Shown here piece by piece: positions 63,067 through 64,000 of a stretch of DNA of 64,000 bases; the first letter of the stretch is position 1; every line of letters starts with the position of its first letter. The stretch spans positions 23,024,015 to 23,088,014 of the forward strand of contig OZ316893.1 of the NCBI GenBank assembly GCA_973895155.1, read 5' to 3'. Made by a program: the position numbers and the translations under genes. This stretch comes from Marsupella aquatica (Eukaryota; Plantae; Marchantiophyta). The notes beneath the pieces are model-generated. The model made no database searches. It had not been told where the DNA came from and saw only the letters and a list, made by a program, of their open reading frames with translations.

Positions 63067-63127
63067 TCTAAGTCAAGTTAATACGAATCTAAGTCAAGTT
63101 AATACACTATCTAAGTCAAGTTAATAC
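63067..63127. repeat. Three copies of a unit of about 21 bp
   Basis: ATCTAAGTCAAGTTAATAC occurs three times. Confidence 0.85.
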
Positions 63128-64000
63128 ACTCTATACACCAGAACATAATCCAATATACTATATTTATGATTTACAAATCAAGTGATCAGAATGACATGTA
63201 TCTTGGTTTATTTTCTGGTTGTATGGCTAATGTAGATCACTCATCCACAGCTGACGTTGCCGCATTCTGGAAGGGATCAACAGATGCCCTACAGTGTCAT
63301 TTTCACCTCATTCAACATCAATGCTGCCTGTATTGTCAGTCAACCCGTGAATGTGGGATGGGTGGGGCTCCATACCGGGTATGAACCCTGTATACATGTG
63401 AGTTCCCTAACTATTCCACAACCTAGGCCAGTACCGTGCTGGAAATGGCGTGATGGGTGGAGATGCTCTTAGTCACAATCAATGTTTATAGGATTCTAAA
63501 GCTTATGAACTGTTAGTCACATACTTTGACAAAGAGTTCATAAGCTTAAGAATCCTTTTGGAGCAAACAAGTTTAGATGGAAATCTGATCCAAGCTTATA
63601 GCTCTTGTATTGTATTTTGTATATTAAGTATTGGATGATTGAGGTGTAGGGCATACTTTAGCTTCTCGTGCATCAAGCAAAGGTTTATGGGCTTTGATTG
63701 GACTATTCAAAATGATATCTGTGCTTATAGTGATTCCTGAGCTTGGGCTGTTCGCTCCCATACTAATCATTGGCATCTCATGCAATCATTACTTCAATAA
63801 TTACTACAACTACCACAAACACATGTGACCATCCAAAGCAGTTAGGCACAGACCTATATTACATGCAGGAGCTTAAACTGGTGTAGAACTGTCTGGCCGA
63901 GGGTTGAACTTAAGACCTACTGGTCACAAGTGACCCCTAGCCACCTGAGTTGAAAAATGCACACCGTTTCACTATTGGCGCCTCAGTCATAGAAAATGTA

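Overview
Eukaryotic land-plant DNA with GT-AG introns and tRNA-iMet-primed Ty1/copia elements. A non-flowering plant such as a liverwort is inferred from the hydrolase-type NLRs. The left two-thirds holds a tandem segmental duplication (about 1550-13130 versus about 26005-39579). Each copy carries a minus-strand NLR with the architecture N-terminal membrane anchor, SERAC1/SesB-like alpha/beta-hydrolase, NB-ARC, LRR, then an array of about 133-aa TPR-like super-repeats that are shuffled between the paralogs. Copy B (26664-33066; 5 exons, all introns phase 0, about 1800 codons) is open except for one TAT>TAA stop in the hydrolase exon and has a copia element 123 bp upstream of its ATG. Copy A (2191-11948) is a pseudogene with a copia insertion, deletions and frameshifts. 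The right third carries VPS29 and an SGF11/ATXN7L3-like gene with a long C-terminal exon. Mobile DNA: three long copia elements (two with both LTRs and TSDs, one lacking its 5' LTR), the 5' end of a fourth at the window edge, a solo LTR, a probable LTR-retroelement remnant, Helitron-like elements, MITEs, and a MULE-like element hosting a nested copia. All coordinates and alignments were read by eye.
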